Notes: a model not told the origin generated them from the letters alone. A DNA stretch of 42,548 nt from a virus (IMGVR_UViG_3300029169_000008:1-42548); one strand, 5' to 3'; positions 10,463 through 20,207 are shown, counted from the first letter of the stretch. Program-made: numbers and translations.

Positions 10463-12076
10463 TTATTTTACCCTATATTGGAAGGTGTAAAATCTAGTTT
10501 TCACGCCTGCATTATTTGAATCCCAAGTTATTTGTGCCGTATCATTTGCAACACTTCCTTGAACAAAACCAGACTCGTTAGTTGTTGAAGTTGTAAAAAC
10601 TCCGGCCAAGTCTTTTGTGTCTGTAAAGTTTGAAGCAATGGGTAGTGTAACCTCAAATCTTGAGAAAGTAGAACCACTCGCAGTTGTATTAACTGCATGG
10701 GTTACGCTTACGGTTACTGTGTCGCCAACCCTGGAATAAATTCCGTTGCCATGGGTTGTTGCCGCAATATTGTTAGGGCTGGCAGTCATCGTTGCTGTAT
10801 ATGTTCCACTTGTTTGCGTACTATCTTCCCAACTTGGAGCTGAGGCTCCGTTGGAAGTTAGAACTTGCCCACTAGTGCCGGCATCTAACTTAGTAGCGAC
10901 GCCAGAGGTGCCGCCATATATAATATCACCTTCACTATCCATAGGATTTACAAAGCTAGAAGCTTCTCCTAATTCAATAGCTGACCCTGCATCATTTTTA
11001 AAGTAAGGCTTACCGTCATCTCCAGGATAAAAAGACCCATACCCAGAAGGTACTGTAGGTCCTGTAGCAGGGGTACTTTGTTCTACTATTAAAGTAGTAG
11101 ATTCTAATACAATGTCATTAGTTGATGCATCAATAGTAATATCACCTGAAGCTGCTGATATAGAGTTAGCAGTTTGGTTTAAGTTAATTACACCGCTGGT
11201 TATGTTAAGGTCTGCAGTTCCTGCTATTACTACGCTACCAGTTCCATTAGCTTGTAAGTTTAAGCTTCCGTTGATAGAAGTGTTAGTTACGAAGTTGGCC
11301 CCTACTCTAATATTATCTGCTAAGATCGTACTAGTGGATACTACTTCTCCAGTGCCCTCTGCAGTTAAGGTAATATTCCCATTAGTGTCTGTTGCAGTAA
11401 TAGCATTACCATCTAGTTCTAAGTTGTCAATCTGGACTTTAGTGCCTGCAATGACTACGTTCCCTGAGCTAGAGGTAAGGGATAAGTTCCCAGAAGCTAC
11501 TTCAATGACCGCTCCTGTAGTATTGAATGAGATAGTGTCAGCGTTGTTATCCATAGTAACCGTACCATTTATAGATATGGCTCCTGTTCCATCTGGAGTA
11601 ATGTTAATCTGACCATCAGTATCTGTGGAGCTAATAGTGTTTCCACTAATTGTAATATTATCTACGTTTAATTGACCGCCTACTGTAAGAGCGCTAGTAG
11701 CTAAGTTTAAGTTACCACTAACTACGACCTCACCTGTCCCGTCTGGAGTTAAATTAATGTCTCCGTCGGTGTCAGTAGAGCTGATAGTGTTTCCGTCTAT
11801 CTTTACGTTATCTACGTTTACTGCGCCTCCTGCAACTACTTCTCCAGTTCCGTTTGGAGTTAAGTTGATGTTACCGTCTACGTCAGTAGAGCTGATAGTA
11901 TTACCATCTATATTAATGTTATCAATTTCGATCTGTTCTTGTACTACTAGTTTCTGACCTGAACCAGGGTTAATTGTTAAATCTCCACTACTATTAGTGA
12001 TTGTAGAGTTTTCGCCGTCTACTAGGATATTCTCCGTAGTTACGCTTTTTGCTATATTCTTACCTACTTTAGACAT
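10463..12076 (-). CDS. tail fibre protein with tandem beta repeats
   Basis: At least four copies of DN(I/V/L)x(I/L)xGN(T/A)I(S/T)(S/A)TDxxGxIx(L/I)TxxGTG, plus a GQVLTSNG..APSW motif and a GxYxRVGDTV C-terminal domain. Confidence 0.75.
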   Translation of the reverse strand: MSKVGKNIAKSVTTENILVDGENSTITNSSGDLTINPGSGQKLVVQEQIEIDNINIDGNTISSTDVDGNINLTPNGTGEVVAGGAVNVDNVKIDGNTISSTDTDGDINLTPDGTGEVVVSGNLNLATSALTVGGQLNVDNITISGNTISSTDTDGQINITPDGTGAISINGTVTMDNNADTISFNTTGAVIEVASGNLSLTSSSGNVVIAGTKVQIDNLELDGNAITATDTNGNITLTAEGTGEVVSTSTILADNIRVGANFVTNTSINGSLNLQANGTGSVVIAGTADLNITSGVINLNQTANSISAASGDITIDASTNDIVLESTTLIVEQSTPATGPTVPSGYGSFYPGDDGKPYFKNDAGSAIELGEASSFVNPMDSEGDIIYGGTSGVATKLDAGTSGQVLTSNGASAPSWEDSTQTSGTYTATMTASPNNIAATTHGNGIYSRVGDTVTVSVTHAVNTTASGSTFSRFEVTLPIASNFTDTKDLAGVFTTSTTNESGFVQGSVANDTAQITWDSNNAGVKTRFYTFQYRVK

Positions 12077-12090
12077 TATTTAATTACTCC

Positions 12091-12570
12091 TTAGCTCTCT
12101 CTCGGTAGAGCGAATGCTCTGTATTTCATTACTCCGACGTAAGGCGCTCCGACCCTATCATCGCTTATATATTGAATTTGCCCACCTGAAGTAATACTAA
12201 GTACTACCCCGGTATCGTCTCCTTGGAACTCTTGGCTAAATGTCCATGAGCTTCCGACGTATCTTAAAGTTAAAGTCCCTACTTCCATGATCTCAGTTGT
12301 ATCGTGTTTTCTGTACACGTAGTAATGGACTATTGCTCCGCGTACCGTAGAACTATCAAATACTAGATCTGTTACGTTCACTGCAGCGGCTTGGTTGTTT
12401 AGTATGCTTGCTTGTGCTGAAGATGGAGGAGCTAGATCGCCCTCTACTGCTAAAGCACCTAAGGCGTCTGTTACGGCTACGGCCCAATCAGTCGCATCAG
12501 TACCCCATTGCTCGTCGTTAGATACGGGATATCTATATGTTACCCCTTTAATTGTTAAATTTACTGACAC
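12091..12570 (-). CDS. virion structural protein sharing a domain with the C-terminus of 8606..10033
   Basis: NNQAAAVNVTDL...GDDTGVVLSITSGGQIQY matches DNQAAAANITGL...GDDAGVTITITSGGQVQY. GTG start with AGGAG RBS. Confidence 0.6.
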   Translation of the reverse strand: MSVNLTIKGVTYRYPVSNDEQWGTDATDWAVAVTDALGALAVEGDLAPPSSAQASILNNQAAAVNVTDLVFDSSTVRGAIVHYYVYRKHDTTEIMEVGTLTLRYVGSSWTFSQEFQGDDTGVVLSITSGGQIQYISDDRVGAPYVGVMKYRAFALPRES

Positions 12571-12638
12571 TTAGGACTCCTCATATAAGGTTTAATAAAC
12601 TAGTTCTATTCATTATTTGTTATAAGCCATAGTAATAA

Positions 12639-13028
12639 TTAGTAAGTCCACCTTCTTATGCGCCCGTCTCTAGAGTCTAGGTGGATGAATCCTTTAGGCC
12701 TGCCGTCTCCTACTGCCTTGAAGTACTTTTCTCCTAATTTGTATAGTTTATCTAGATCTTGTCCTGTGATGTCTATGCCGTTACCTAAAACGTGCTGGCT
12801 TTTAGAAGCTCCGCCTACATTTCTGTTATGTTCTGGGCATCTATATCCGCTAGTTATGGCTACAGGAGCACCATACTCTTCTCTAAGTTCTTGTAATTTA
12901 TCCATTAATTCTAGATTTATGAAACTAGCGTGGCATTTACCGCACTTGCATACAATCTCTGAGGCATTGAAATTCTTAGTTATCTTATCTTTACTATCTG
13001 GTTTTAATACGATATGGGTAGCTTTCAT
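12639..13028 (-). CDS. peptidase M15A family Zn metallopeptidase (endolysin candidate)
   Basis: Motifs NF..SE..CKCG, ITSGYRCPEHN..VGGA.KSQH..G.G.D and GFIHLD.R. Confidence 0.88.
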   Translation of the reverse strand: MKATHIVLKPDSKDKITKNFNASEIVCKCGKCHASFINLELMDKLQELREEYGAPVAITSGYRCPEHNRNVGGASKSQHVLGNGIDITGQDLDKLYKLGEKYFKAVGDGRPKGFIHLDSRDGRIRRWTY

Positions 13029-13054
13029 ACTACTATTTGTTTTTAGATGTTATA

Positions 13055-13780
13055 TTATCTATTTACTGACTGTTTAGTATCTTCTGCTATCTTAGCTAGG
13101 TTATCTTTAGCCCATAAAGGCTGTAGATTTGTATAATGGCAAGCTTGTTTGAACTGGGTAGGGTCTGTAAGATCAAATGAGCAGAGAGGCTTTATGTGGT
13201 CTATGTGCCATCCTGCCATACTCCAGTTATCCCAAGTCATTCCCGGCTGGAATAGAGACTCTAGGTGAGTCTTTAGTTCGGCTACGGTGCATCCTAAGTC
13301 TTTTACTGCAGAGCCCGGCTTAGTCTTACCTCGCAAGGCTGACCCTATTCTATTCCTTAGCCGTCCTCTTAGTTTAAAACCTAAATCTACTTTACACCTT
13401 CTTTTTCTATAAGCTGTGTTTCTTTTTGTAACTTCTCTTCTATTTGCAGTTTGCCATTTCTTAACTGCAGCATTTACTTTAGCTGGATTAGCTTTTTGAT
13501 ACTTTCTAACGCTCTGTACTTCGCAAGGTTTGCAGGTACTTCTATGCCCGTCTTTGCTATATTGGTGAGAACTAAAAGCTTTTATAGGTTTTAAAGTTTT
13601 GCATTTTATACAAGACTTTTCTTTTACAGTTATTTTAAGGGAGTTCTTTATCTTTTGCCGTCTAGCTTTATCGTACTTAGCTACGCAGGCTCTGCAAGTA
13701 GAAGTGGGTTTGCCTTTAACATACTTAAGTAATTCTAGCTTTTTATCTATTTTACATTTTAAGCAAACCATAGAATCCAT
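13055..13780 (-). CDS. free-standing HNH-type endonuclease with N-terminal CxxC zinc knuckles
   Basis: CLKC..CRAC and CIKC..CKPC, then MTWDNW..WHIDHIKPLCSFDL...HYTNLQPLWAKDNL. Confidence 0.8.
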   Translation of the reverse strand: MDSMVCLKCKIDKKLELLKYVKGKPTSTCRACVAKYDKARRQKIKNSLKITVKEKSCIKCKTLKPIKAFSSHQYSKDGHRSTCKPCEVQSVRKYQKANPAKVNAAVKKWQTANRREVTKRNTAYRKRRCKVDLGFKLRGRLRNRIGSALRGKTKPGSAVKDLGCTVAELKTHLESLFQPGMTWDNWSMAGWHIDHIKPLCSFDLTDPTQFKQACHYTNLQPLWAKDNLAKIAEDTKQSVNR

Positions 13781-13786
13781 ATACTT

Positions 13787-13815
13787 ATGATACCTTATAT
13801 TATACTCTTAGTCAA
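13787..13815 (-). promoter_or_regulatory. sigma70-type promoter driving the leaderless HNH gene
   Basis: TTGACT-17 nt-TATCAT, then AAGTAT-ATG (13780); no RBS. Confidence 0.65.
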
Positions 13816-13818
13816 CGT

Positions 13819-13850
13819 AAAAAGCCCTCGATCTTTCGATCGAAGGCTTA
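13819..13850 (-). terminator. intrinsic terminator after the major capsid gene
   Basis: Minus strand AAGCCTTCGATC-GAAA-GATCGAGGGCTT-TTT. Confidence 0.8.
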
Positions 13851-13879
13851 GTAGGTTTTTAGTTAATTAGTTAATTAAA

Positions 13880-15136
13880 TCAACTGTTTACGATGTTTTC
13901 GATCAAAACTAATTTGTTTGGCGCATGGGTAAACAATGCAAGGTCACAGTAAGCTCTAAGCTCGAAACCAGCTGCATCAGTCAACTCACGGAAGAAACGA
14001 TCATTGTCGTGTCCTGGAAGTTGGAACGTGATGTCAGTAGAACCTAGCAAACGAAGAACAGTCTTAGGCATAACGAAAGCCAAAGACTCTTTAACGTAAG
14101 AACAAGGTACGATCTCGATAGTTCCAGTTTGACCGTGGAACTTGATAGTCTCAGAACCATTCTCAGCAACTGAACGCTGGTAAGAATTGTCATATTGACG
14201 AAGAGCAGCTTGGTCAGTAAGAAGCTTAGCCCATGTTACGTTAGAAACCATAACACAAACAGACTCATCAAGACCACGAGCAGCTCCAGCAGCTACAGCT
14301 TGTTGGATTTTCTCGAAAGAAAGATCCGCAGAACCTGCACTGTAAAGAGTTGAACGCCATACGTTGAAAGAAGCGGGGTTGATACCGAACAAGTCAGTAA
14401 CACCGTCGTCATAAGCTTTCATGATAGCTTCAAGTCCGAGCATTTCTTTCCATACTGTGTTACCGTCATCGTAAGTACCTTCGAAAGTAACGCGATCTCC
14501 TGCAGTAAGCGTAAGAGCCGCTCCGTCTACAGTAAGTTGCTTAGCATCGAGGTCGATAGCAGTAATAGTACGAGAAGTTGAAGTTCTGTCAGTAGATAGG
14601 TCATCACTGAAGATTTCAATTTTAGCACCTTCAAGACCGTTCCAGATACCAGGAGCCCAAGAAGCGTCACTGATTACTAGAGTGTTAACTGCAACTGTAG
14701 GAGCGTTAACGAGTCCGATTTCTTTTTGTCCGTAGAACATAGAGATTTCAAGGCGTTTAGCGAAAGAACGAAGCATATCAGCTACGATCAATTTAGTGGA
14801 CTGTTCGAAAGCAGCTTCAGAAGATGCAGAACGAGCAGCGGCGTCATAAGAAATCTTAGTACGGGCTACCATAGAGTAACCTTTTACTTCAGCTTCTTTA
14901 GTTTGAGCAGTTACAGCTTCATTAAGCACGTAAGCGTCTCCAGAAGATCCACCGTAAGTGAAACCTTGAGATTGCTTAACGATAACGGGCTGGCTGAATT
15001 TCTCACCGAGCTTCTTAGCGTTTTCGAATTTGACCATGTTATACAACATTACGTTGTCTGGGATTAGATTTTGAACTTTGTCAGCGAATACGTCTTTAAA
15101 TAGACCGTCTAGCTGAGATACTGTTACACTTGACAT
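13880..15136 (-). CDS. major capsid protein
   Basis: 418 aa directly after the scaffold, strong AAGGAG RBS, high-expression codon bias, own terminator. Ends GFELRAYCDL..HAPNKLVLIENI, typical of HK97-fold capsid C-termini. Confidence 0.8.
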   Translation of the reverse strand: MSSVTVSQLDGLFKDVFADKVQNLIPDNVMLYNMVKFENAKKLGEKFSQPVIVKQSQGFTYGGSSGDAYVLNEAVTAQTKEAEVKGYSMVARTKISYDAAARSASSEAAFEQSTKLIVADMLRSFAKRLEISMFYGQKEIGLVNAPTVAVNTLVISDASWAPGIWNGLEGAKIEIFSDDLSTDRTSTSRTITAIDLDAKQLTVDGAALTLTAGDRVTFEGTYDDGNTVWKEMLGLEAIMKAYDDGVTDLFGINPASFNVWRSTLYSAGSADLSFEKIQQAVAAGAARGLDESVCVMVSNVTWAKLLTDQAALRQYDNSYQRSVAENGSETIKFHGQTGTIEIVPCSYVKESLAFVMPKTVLRLLGSTDITFQLPGHDNDRFFRELTDAAGFELRAYCDLALFTHAPNKLVLIENIVNS

Positions 15137-15352
15137 TTTTTATTTCTCCTTAAATACCATTATATTATTACTTAGTTATGTTATTTTCATAACCTAAACT
15201 AGGTAGTTCCGAGTTTGCCAGCGGATTTGGTATCTATGAGCCCTATTAAGGGTGTCTAAGAGCCGTATCACCACTAGCTATAGGGGAATCCCATAGCAGG
15301 TTAGTTTTACTTACATAATCATTTGTTACGTGTAAACTTAATAACTCCTCTA

Positions 15353-16390
15353 TTAGCCATAGAGCCAGTCGTTAATTGTTTGTTTTTCTTCAGGCTTATT
15401 GCCTTCCTTAGTTTTAACTGGAGCCGCTCCTACATCTTTAATAGATTTAGTCGAAGGTACGCTCTGTGATTTCTTGTATTTACTAAGTTGATACTTGTTA
15501 AATCTCTTAACTGTATCAGATCCTAGTAGCTGCTCTAGTACGTCTTCTTTACTAGCTCCGAACATCTCGCTTAAGTCTTTCTTCATTTCACGTTGTACGA
15601 TGTTTAAAGCTTGCTTAGGTGTGATCTTTTTATCACTGTCCAGAGCAGTCATCATTACGTCGGCCATTCTTTTCACTAAATACGGGGAGTTAGGGAGGCT
15701 ACTTTCATCTAAAGCTACGATAAACTTCTCTTGAATATCAGCTTCTGTCTTTTCAACAGCCCTAGCGTACTCTTCTTGCTTACGTCGTTCTTCGTTAGCC
15801 TTAACTTCAGCTCTATAGGATTCTAGCTCTGCTTCTAGCTTTTCTTTCTCAATCTGTTCTGGAGACTTCATATCGTCTTCAATTTGCTGATTGATAACGT
15901 CTTGAGCGAACTTCTTAACGTCAATTCCGATAGCTGGATCAGATAGTACTGCAGCTGGGTCGTTCTTTAATAGATCAACTAGTCTAGATACTTCTTTTTC
16001 GTATTCTTTAGCTCGTTGGATATCTTTTCGTGCTTTTTGGGATAATTGAAGCTCTCTTTGTACGTCTTCTTCAGTACCTTCCCATTCGATCTCTTTTCCA
16101 TCGACTTTTAGGTTATACTTCTTTTTGACCTTTTCTAGCTTCTTCTCGGCAGCTTCTTTCTGCTTTCTAGACGTGGCATCTTCTAAGCTCTCCTGAGCAG
16201 CTTCAAGCTCTGCTTTAGCTGATCCTGGTAGATCTTGTACAGATCCTTCTGAACCTGATACAGGACTTCCTGAGGCTTCTGAGGGCTCTTCTTCTCCGAT
16301 TAGTGCTTGTAGGTCTTCTGAGGTGACTTCTACTTCCGGCTCTGCGGAAGCTCCGTCTTGAGGTGCTGGTGCGTTTGATTCTTCTGACAT
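15353..16390 (-). CDS. capsid scaffolding protein
   Basis: Acidic disordered N-terminus, YNLKVDGKEIE motif and coiled coils; immediately upstream of the capsid gene. Confidence 0.75.
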   Translation of the reverse strand: MSEESNAPAPQDGASAEPEVEVTSEDLQALIGEEEPSEASGSPVSGSEGSVQDLPGSAKAELEAAQESLEDATSRKQKEAAEKKLEKVKKKYNLKVDGKEIEWEGTEEDVQRELQLSQKARKDIQRAKEYEKEVSRLVDLLKNDPAAVLSDPAIGIDVKKFAQDVINQQIEDDMKSPEQIEKEKLEAELESYRAEVKANEERRKQEEYARAVEKTEADIQEKFIVALDESSLPNSPYLVKRMADVMMTALDSDKKITPKQALNIVQREMKKDLSEMFGASKEDVLEQLLGSDTVKRFNKYQLSKYKKSQSVPSTKSIKDVGAAPVKTKEGNKPEEKQTINDWLYG

Positions 16391-16482
16391 TTTGTTACTC
16401 CTTTAATTTCCGCCCTATCCGGGTGGGTTCTTATAGTGGTCATCTCTATCCGAGGTAGACCTAAGCTTGTATTATTATTTGT

Positions 16483-17553
16483 TTAGTCCATTTTTAATAA
16501 CATGGCCGCAAAACCCATCATACTGAAGTTTGCGCCTTTTTTCTCGTCCCCTTGTTCAAATGACTTAGAACTCTCTACGAACATCTGAGGCCACATCACA
16601 GCACCACTAAGGGCTCCTAAGTAACTAATAGCTTCTTGCCTACGCTCTTCAGACACTACGCTCTGATCCCAAGCTAAAGATGTTATCCAAGGCTGGGCTC
16701 TTCCTCTAGGTCCATTAGAGTCAATAAACTTAAGGCCTGCTTTATAGTCTTTTCCTAGCTCGCATAATGACCATAGATTTAATGCTGATATATGTTGCGT
16801 ATAGAATATAGAAGCTGCAGTTGATTTAGTATACATAGCCGGGTATCTTTTGAAGTACCAAACTCCTAGTAATAGGTAATGAGCCTTAGCTATGACTTTC
16901 CATTTCCCGCCTAGCTCTTTAGCTGCTAGTTCTAATAATGCCTGGCTTGTTAATACTCCGGGTCCTGTAGGAGGGTTAGCTAGGCTAAATCCTATGTTCT
17001 TTCCTTTAATGGTCCATTCTTCTACGGTTACGTTAAGGCCTGAGTTAGAGCTTCTATTAGATACTCCACCTTTCTCAGTCCATAAAATACCGAAACAGTT
17101 CTTTACATATTCAGTAGCTAGTTTCTTAACTAAATCTGGACGCTTTACGTTCCATAAAATGTAATTAAATACCCAAGAAGACATACCGTCTCCGCTAGGT
17201 CCTAAGTAACCTTCGCCTTCGGTTCCGTCTAGGTTACGTTTTCTATACAAACTTCCATTAGGCTTTATTACATTCTCTAGTAACTTCTCTTGGTTACTAG
17301 GGTTGAATAGTCCGTTACCTGATTGAGTAAGTAGAGTGTGAGTCTCTGGCCTCATCATACCGTCTTCATCGAACTTGGCCTTTTTGCTAAGTTCTATTAA
17401 TCTATCTAGTGATCGTCTTTTAGGAATGTCTCCTAAGTCTTTCCCAAACTTGTTACGTTCTTTTAGTATAAAGTAAGGAGTGAATGACATCTGAATAATA
17501 ATAAACAGCACATTAATCGGATACAAAGCTACAAATAACAACCACCTAAGCAT
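16483..17553 (-). CDS. hypothetical protein with N-terminal hydrophobic anchor
   Basis: 356 aa ORF in the operon; predicted mainly helical, no recognised motif. Confidence 0.6.
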   Translation of the reverse strand: MLRWLLFVALYPINVLFIIIQMSFTPYFILKERNKFGKDLGDIPKRRSLDRLIELSKKAKFDEDGMMRPETHTLLTQSGNGLFNPSNQEKLLENVIKPNGSLYRKRNLDGTEGEGYLGPSGDGMSSWVFNYILWNVKRPDLVKKLATEYVKNCFGILWTEKGGVSNRSSNSGLNVTVEEWTIKGKNIGFSLANPPTGPGVLTSQALLELAAKELGGKWKVIAKAHYLLLGVWYFKRYPAMYTKSTAASIFYTQHISALNLWSLCELGKDYKAGLKFIDSNGPRGRAQPWITSLAWDQSVVSEERRQEAISYLGALSGAVMWPQMFVESSKSFEQGDEKKGANFSMMGFAAMLLKMD

Positions 17554-18054
17554 TTATATCACTTTCCTAAAAGCTGGCGACTTTCGTATAAATTCGTTAA
17601 GTTCTTTGGGTCCAGCTACTTCTAGGTCTAAATCAGCTACGTCTATACTCTCTAATAGATTACCTGCTAACTCAGAACATACTTGACTCTTTCTTCCGTC
17701 AGATAAAGGATTCTTTTTAAGCCCTAGTAGTTTTACTAAGCCCATACCTAGTATCTGCTTCATTCCGTAATCTACTCCAGCATTAGTCATACAATAATGT
17801 AATAGTTTTTTATAAGTTTCTCTATCTATTTCAGTTTCGTACATCTCTACGGTTTCTGCTTTACTATCGAAGATTGCCCCGGCTTTAAAATGGACTTGCG
17901 CGCCACTGGCCTCATACACTATGTCAGCATCTGCTCCAGTAGAGTACCATCTTACGAATACGTGAGAATATTCAGTGCTTTCTACTAGTCGTATTAACCA
18001 ACTCATTATTGGGAACTTAGCTCTTGATTTAGAGAATCCTATATTTAATTTCAT
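17554..18054 (-). CDS. permuted papain-like (YaeF/YiiX, C92-like) amidase
   Basis: His before Cys: EYSHVF..., YEAS, Y and VCSEL, the permuted NlpC/P60 order. Confidence 0.7.
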   Translation of the reverse strand: MKLNIGFSKSRAKFPIMSWLIRLVESTEYSHVFVRWYSTGADADIVYEASGAQVHFKAGAIFDSKAETVEMYETEIDRETYKKLLHYCMTNAGVDYGMKQILGMGLVKLLGLKKNPLSDGRKSQVCSELAGNLLESIDVADLDLEVAGPKELNEFIRKSPAFRKVI

Positions 18055-18758
18055 AATTTCCTACTTAGGTGGTAGTTTACAGCTACTACTCTGTCTATGC
18101 CTGAATCTACTGCGTGGTATATTATACGTAAAGCTAATCCTTGAGATATCTTAGCGTTTAAAGGGTAAGTTTCTATTTCTTCTTTTACTATAATGTCGGT
18201 TGCTGCTATGTAATGTTTTAATACATAATTAGCTACTATAGGGTAATCTTCACAGAGCGCGGCCCTATAAGGCTCTGGTATAATACCTAGAGTGTCTACT
18301 ATCTCTGCTTCGATCCAGTCTCCCATTTCAGAGTTCTTTATTATAATACTACCTCCAGTTGCATATAACTCTTCAGGAAGTGTAAAGTCTACGTTAGTAG
18401 CGCTATCCTTAGCGCAAGTAACTAAAGCCGGAATAGCATTTCTTCTAGTTCTATGGGTAGGTTCAGCGAAGGGTTTAGCCTCTACCACTTCAGTAATCAC
18501 TACGTCTTGGGGAGGTAAAACTTCTTGTATAGGGGTTCCTTCATGGTTAGCTACTAGGTCTTCTAATATAGTGATATCTCCTGCGCTTAAGGTAGCCTTA
18601 AAGTTAACTTCGATATCATCTCCGTCTACTTGAATATAATCCAAAGCGGTTACAATGGCGCTTCCTGTAATCTCTACCTCTAGCGCATCTGCCGCTAACT
18701 TAGCATTTAACGTATCTGAGTTTATACTGTAAGTATGTTTCATTAACTTATTCTCCAT
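18051..18758 (-). CDS. hypothetical virion protein
   Basis: 235 aa, coupled to neighbours by overlaps. Confidence 0.6.
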   Translation of the reverse strand: MENKLMKHTYSINSDTLNAKLAADALEVEITGSAIVTALDYIQVDGDDIEVNFKATLSAGDITILEDLVANHEGTPIQEVLPPQDVVITEVVEAKPFAEPTHRTRRNAIPALVTCAKDSATNVDFTLPEELYATGGSIIIKNSEMGDWIEAEIVDTLGIIPEPYRAALCEDYPIVANYVLKHYIAATDIIVKEEIETYPLNAKISQGLALRIIYHAVDSGIDRVVAVNYHLSRKL

Positions 18759-19369
18759 ATTTCAAGTCTTGCGTTTCTTATGTACGCATTCTTTGCTATC
18801 TTTTTATAGTCTAGTTTAATGTTCACATCGTCGGATATAGTGATCTTAGCGGCCCCTCCGCAGTGATGCCAGTTATTTCTATGTTCAGGCTTAACTTCCA
18901 TTATTGCAGTTTCGTTACCTACTTGAACTCTGTAACCAACTGCTTTATTGTTAGACTGTGCCCGCCATTCAAAAGACCATGAAACTCTATAATCTCCGGC
19001 AGCTAGTCCAGAAGTACATAGAGTTACTTTATTTTGATACGAGGTACTTCCAGTGGAGCTTTTTGATAAACTCTCTGCGCTCTGATATTGAGTTAAATCT
19101 GCAAAGCTAGAACCTTCGAAGGTTTGAAACTTCCTTAGTAAGGCTAGTCCGGCAGTCACAGATAAATCAGAGATTCCGTCATTCACTACTAACTCTCCAG
19201 AGGTAACGTCAGCTATAACGTCCTCGTCATCTAAAGCCTCTACCCATAATCTATAAGGAAGTTCATAATATCCTTGGTCAGCTACAGATCTAGTCATTAT
19301 GACTCTAGCAGCCCCTGAGTTATTCTTTAATCGTTTTACTAAAGCCATTACGGAATCCTCGAAATCCAC
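18743..19369 (-). CDS. hypothetical virion protein
   Basis: 208 aa, beta-sandwich-like C-terminus (GDYRVSWSFEW...ARLEIWRIS); the start may be at MALVK. Confidence 0.6.
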   Translation of the reverse strand: MDFEDSVMALVKRLKNNSGAARVIMTRSVADQGYYELPYRLWVEALDDEDVIADVTSGELVVNDGISDLSVTAGLALLRKFQTFEGSSFADLTQYQSAESLSKSSTGSTSYQNKVTLCTSGLAAGDYRVSWSFEWRAQSNNKAVGYRVQVGNETAIMEVKPEHRNNWHHCGGAAKITISDDVNIKLDYKKIAKNAYIRNARLEIWRIS

Positions 19370-19839
19370 AAAGTCACTACCATGTCTCTAGCATTAGTGC
19401 CTTGGTCTACGTATTCTATTTGTATGATGTCTCCTGCTGAGAAAGTCAGGCTGTCTACAGTAACGTCGAATATTTGAGTTTTAACTCCGGCCCCTGTAGA
19501 AACATTTAAGGTTTTTATTAGCGTTCCTCCTATGCCTCCATCATATATTTCTAAATCACATTCTACGCTATTTCTTTTATTAGAGAAGGTAACTTCATTT
19601 ATTTGAGTGTTCACTGCGAATACTATAGGAGTATTTGGAGTTAAGTTACTATATGATACTAAATCGCCATTGCGCATCGTTCCATTTTGAACAAGCACTA
19701 ACCCTGCTCTAGGAAAGCCAGCAGCAGTATCCCTTGCCTCTTCTATAGCTGCTTGTGCATCGTCAGCGGCAAAACTATTAGTTGAGTTATCAAACGGAGT
19801 TTCTTCAGAATCTTGTATCTTTGATTTATGACCTTTCAT
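19348..19839 (-). CDS. hypothetical virion / fibre-like protein
   Basis: N-terminal PFDNS...ADDAQAAIEE motif of fibre-type proteins. Confidence 0.55.
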   Translation of the reverse strand: MKGHKSKIQDSEETPFDNSTNSFAADDAQAAIEEARDTAAGFPRAGLVLVQNGTMRNGDLVSYSNLTPNTPIVFAVNTQINEVTFSNKRNSVECDLEIYDGGIGGTLIKTLNVSTGAGVKTQIFDVTVDSLTFSAGDIIQIEYVDQGTNARDMVVTLWISRIP

Positions 19840-20151
19840 CTAAGGCCCCCATAATGTAGCTTCATAGTTTATACTAGTTCCGCTACTTTGTAATCTAAGG
19901 TCTGCTATATCTCCTGGAAGAAATACGAACTCGCCTCTTGTTAGTGTTTGATAAGTTGTTCCACCGTCTAGACTAAAGTACAATACGTCATTATTACCGT
20001 TAGCTCTATCGCCTTTAGAGGGGTTATTTATTGAAAAGTATTGAATCTCTTCACTCCCCGCTAGAGTTAAGGTTACAGTACTAGTAGTCGTAACAGTTCC
20101 ATTGAACTGCTCCGGTTTTAAATTTGCTAAATCTCCGTCTCCAAATGCCAT
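19840..20151 (-). CDS. hypothetical virion protein
   Basis: 103 aa, beta-rich (FSLDGGTTY). Confidence 0.55.
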   Translation of the reverse strand: MAFGDGDLANLKPEQFNGTVTTTSTVTLTLAGSEEIQYFSINNPSKGDRANGNNDVLYFSLDGGTTYQTLTRGEFVFLPGDIADLRLQSSGTSINYEATLWGP

Positions 20152-20155
20152 ACTT

Positions 20156-20183
20156 AAAAAGGGAGCAACTTTCGCTACTCCCC
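20156..20183 (-). terminator. intrinsic terminator after 20208..21299
   Basis: Minus strand GGGAGTAGC-GAAA-GTTGCTCCC-TTTTT. Confidence 0.8.
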
Positions 20184-20207
20184 CTCCTCTTGTTTATTTA
20201 ATTGCTG

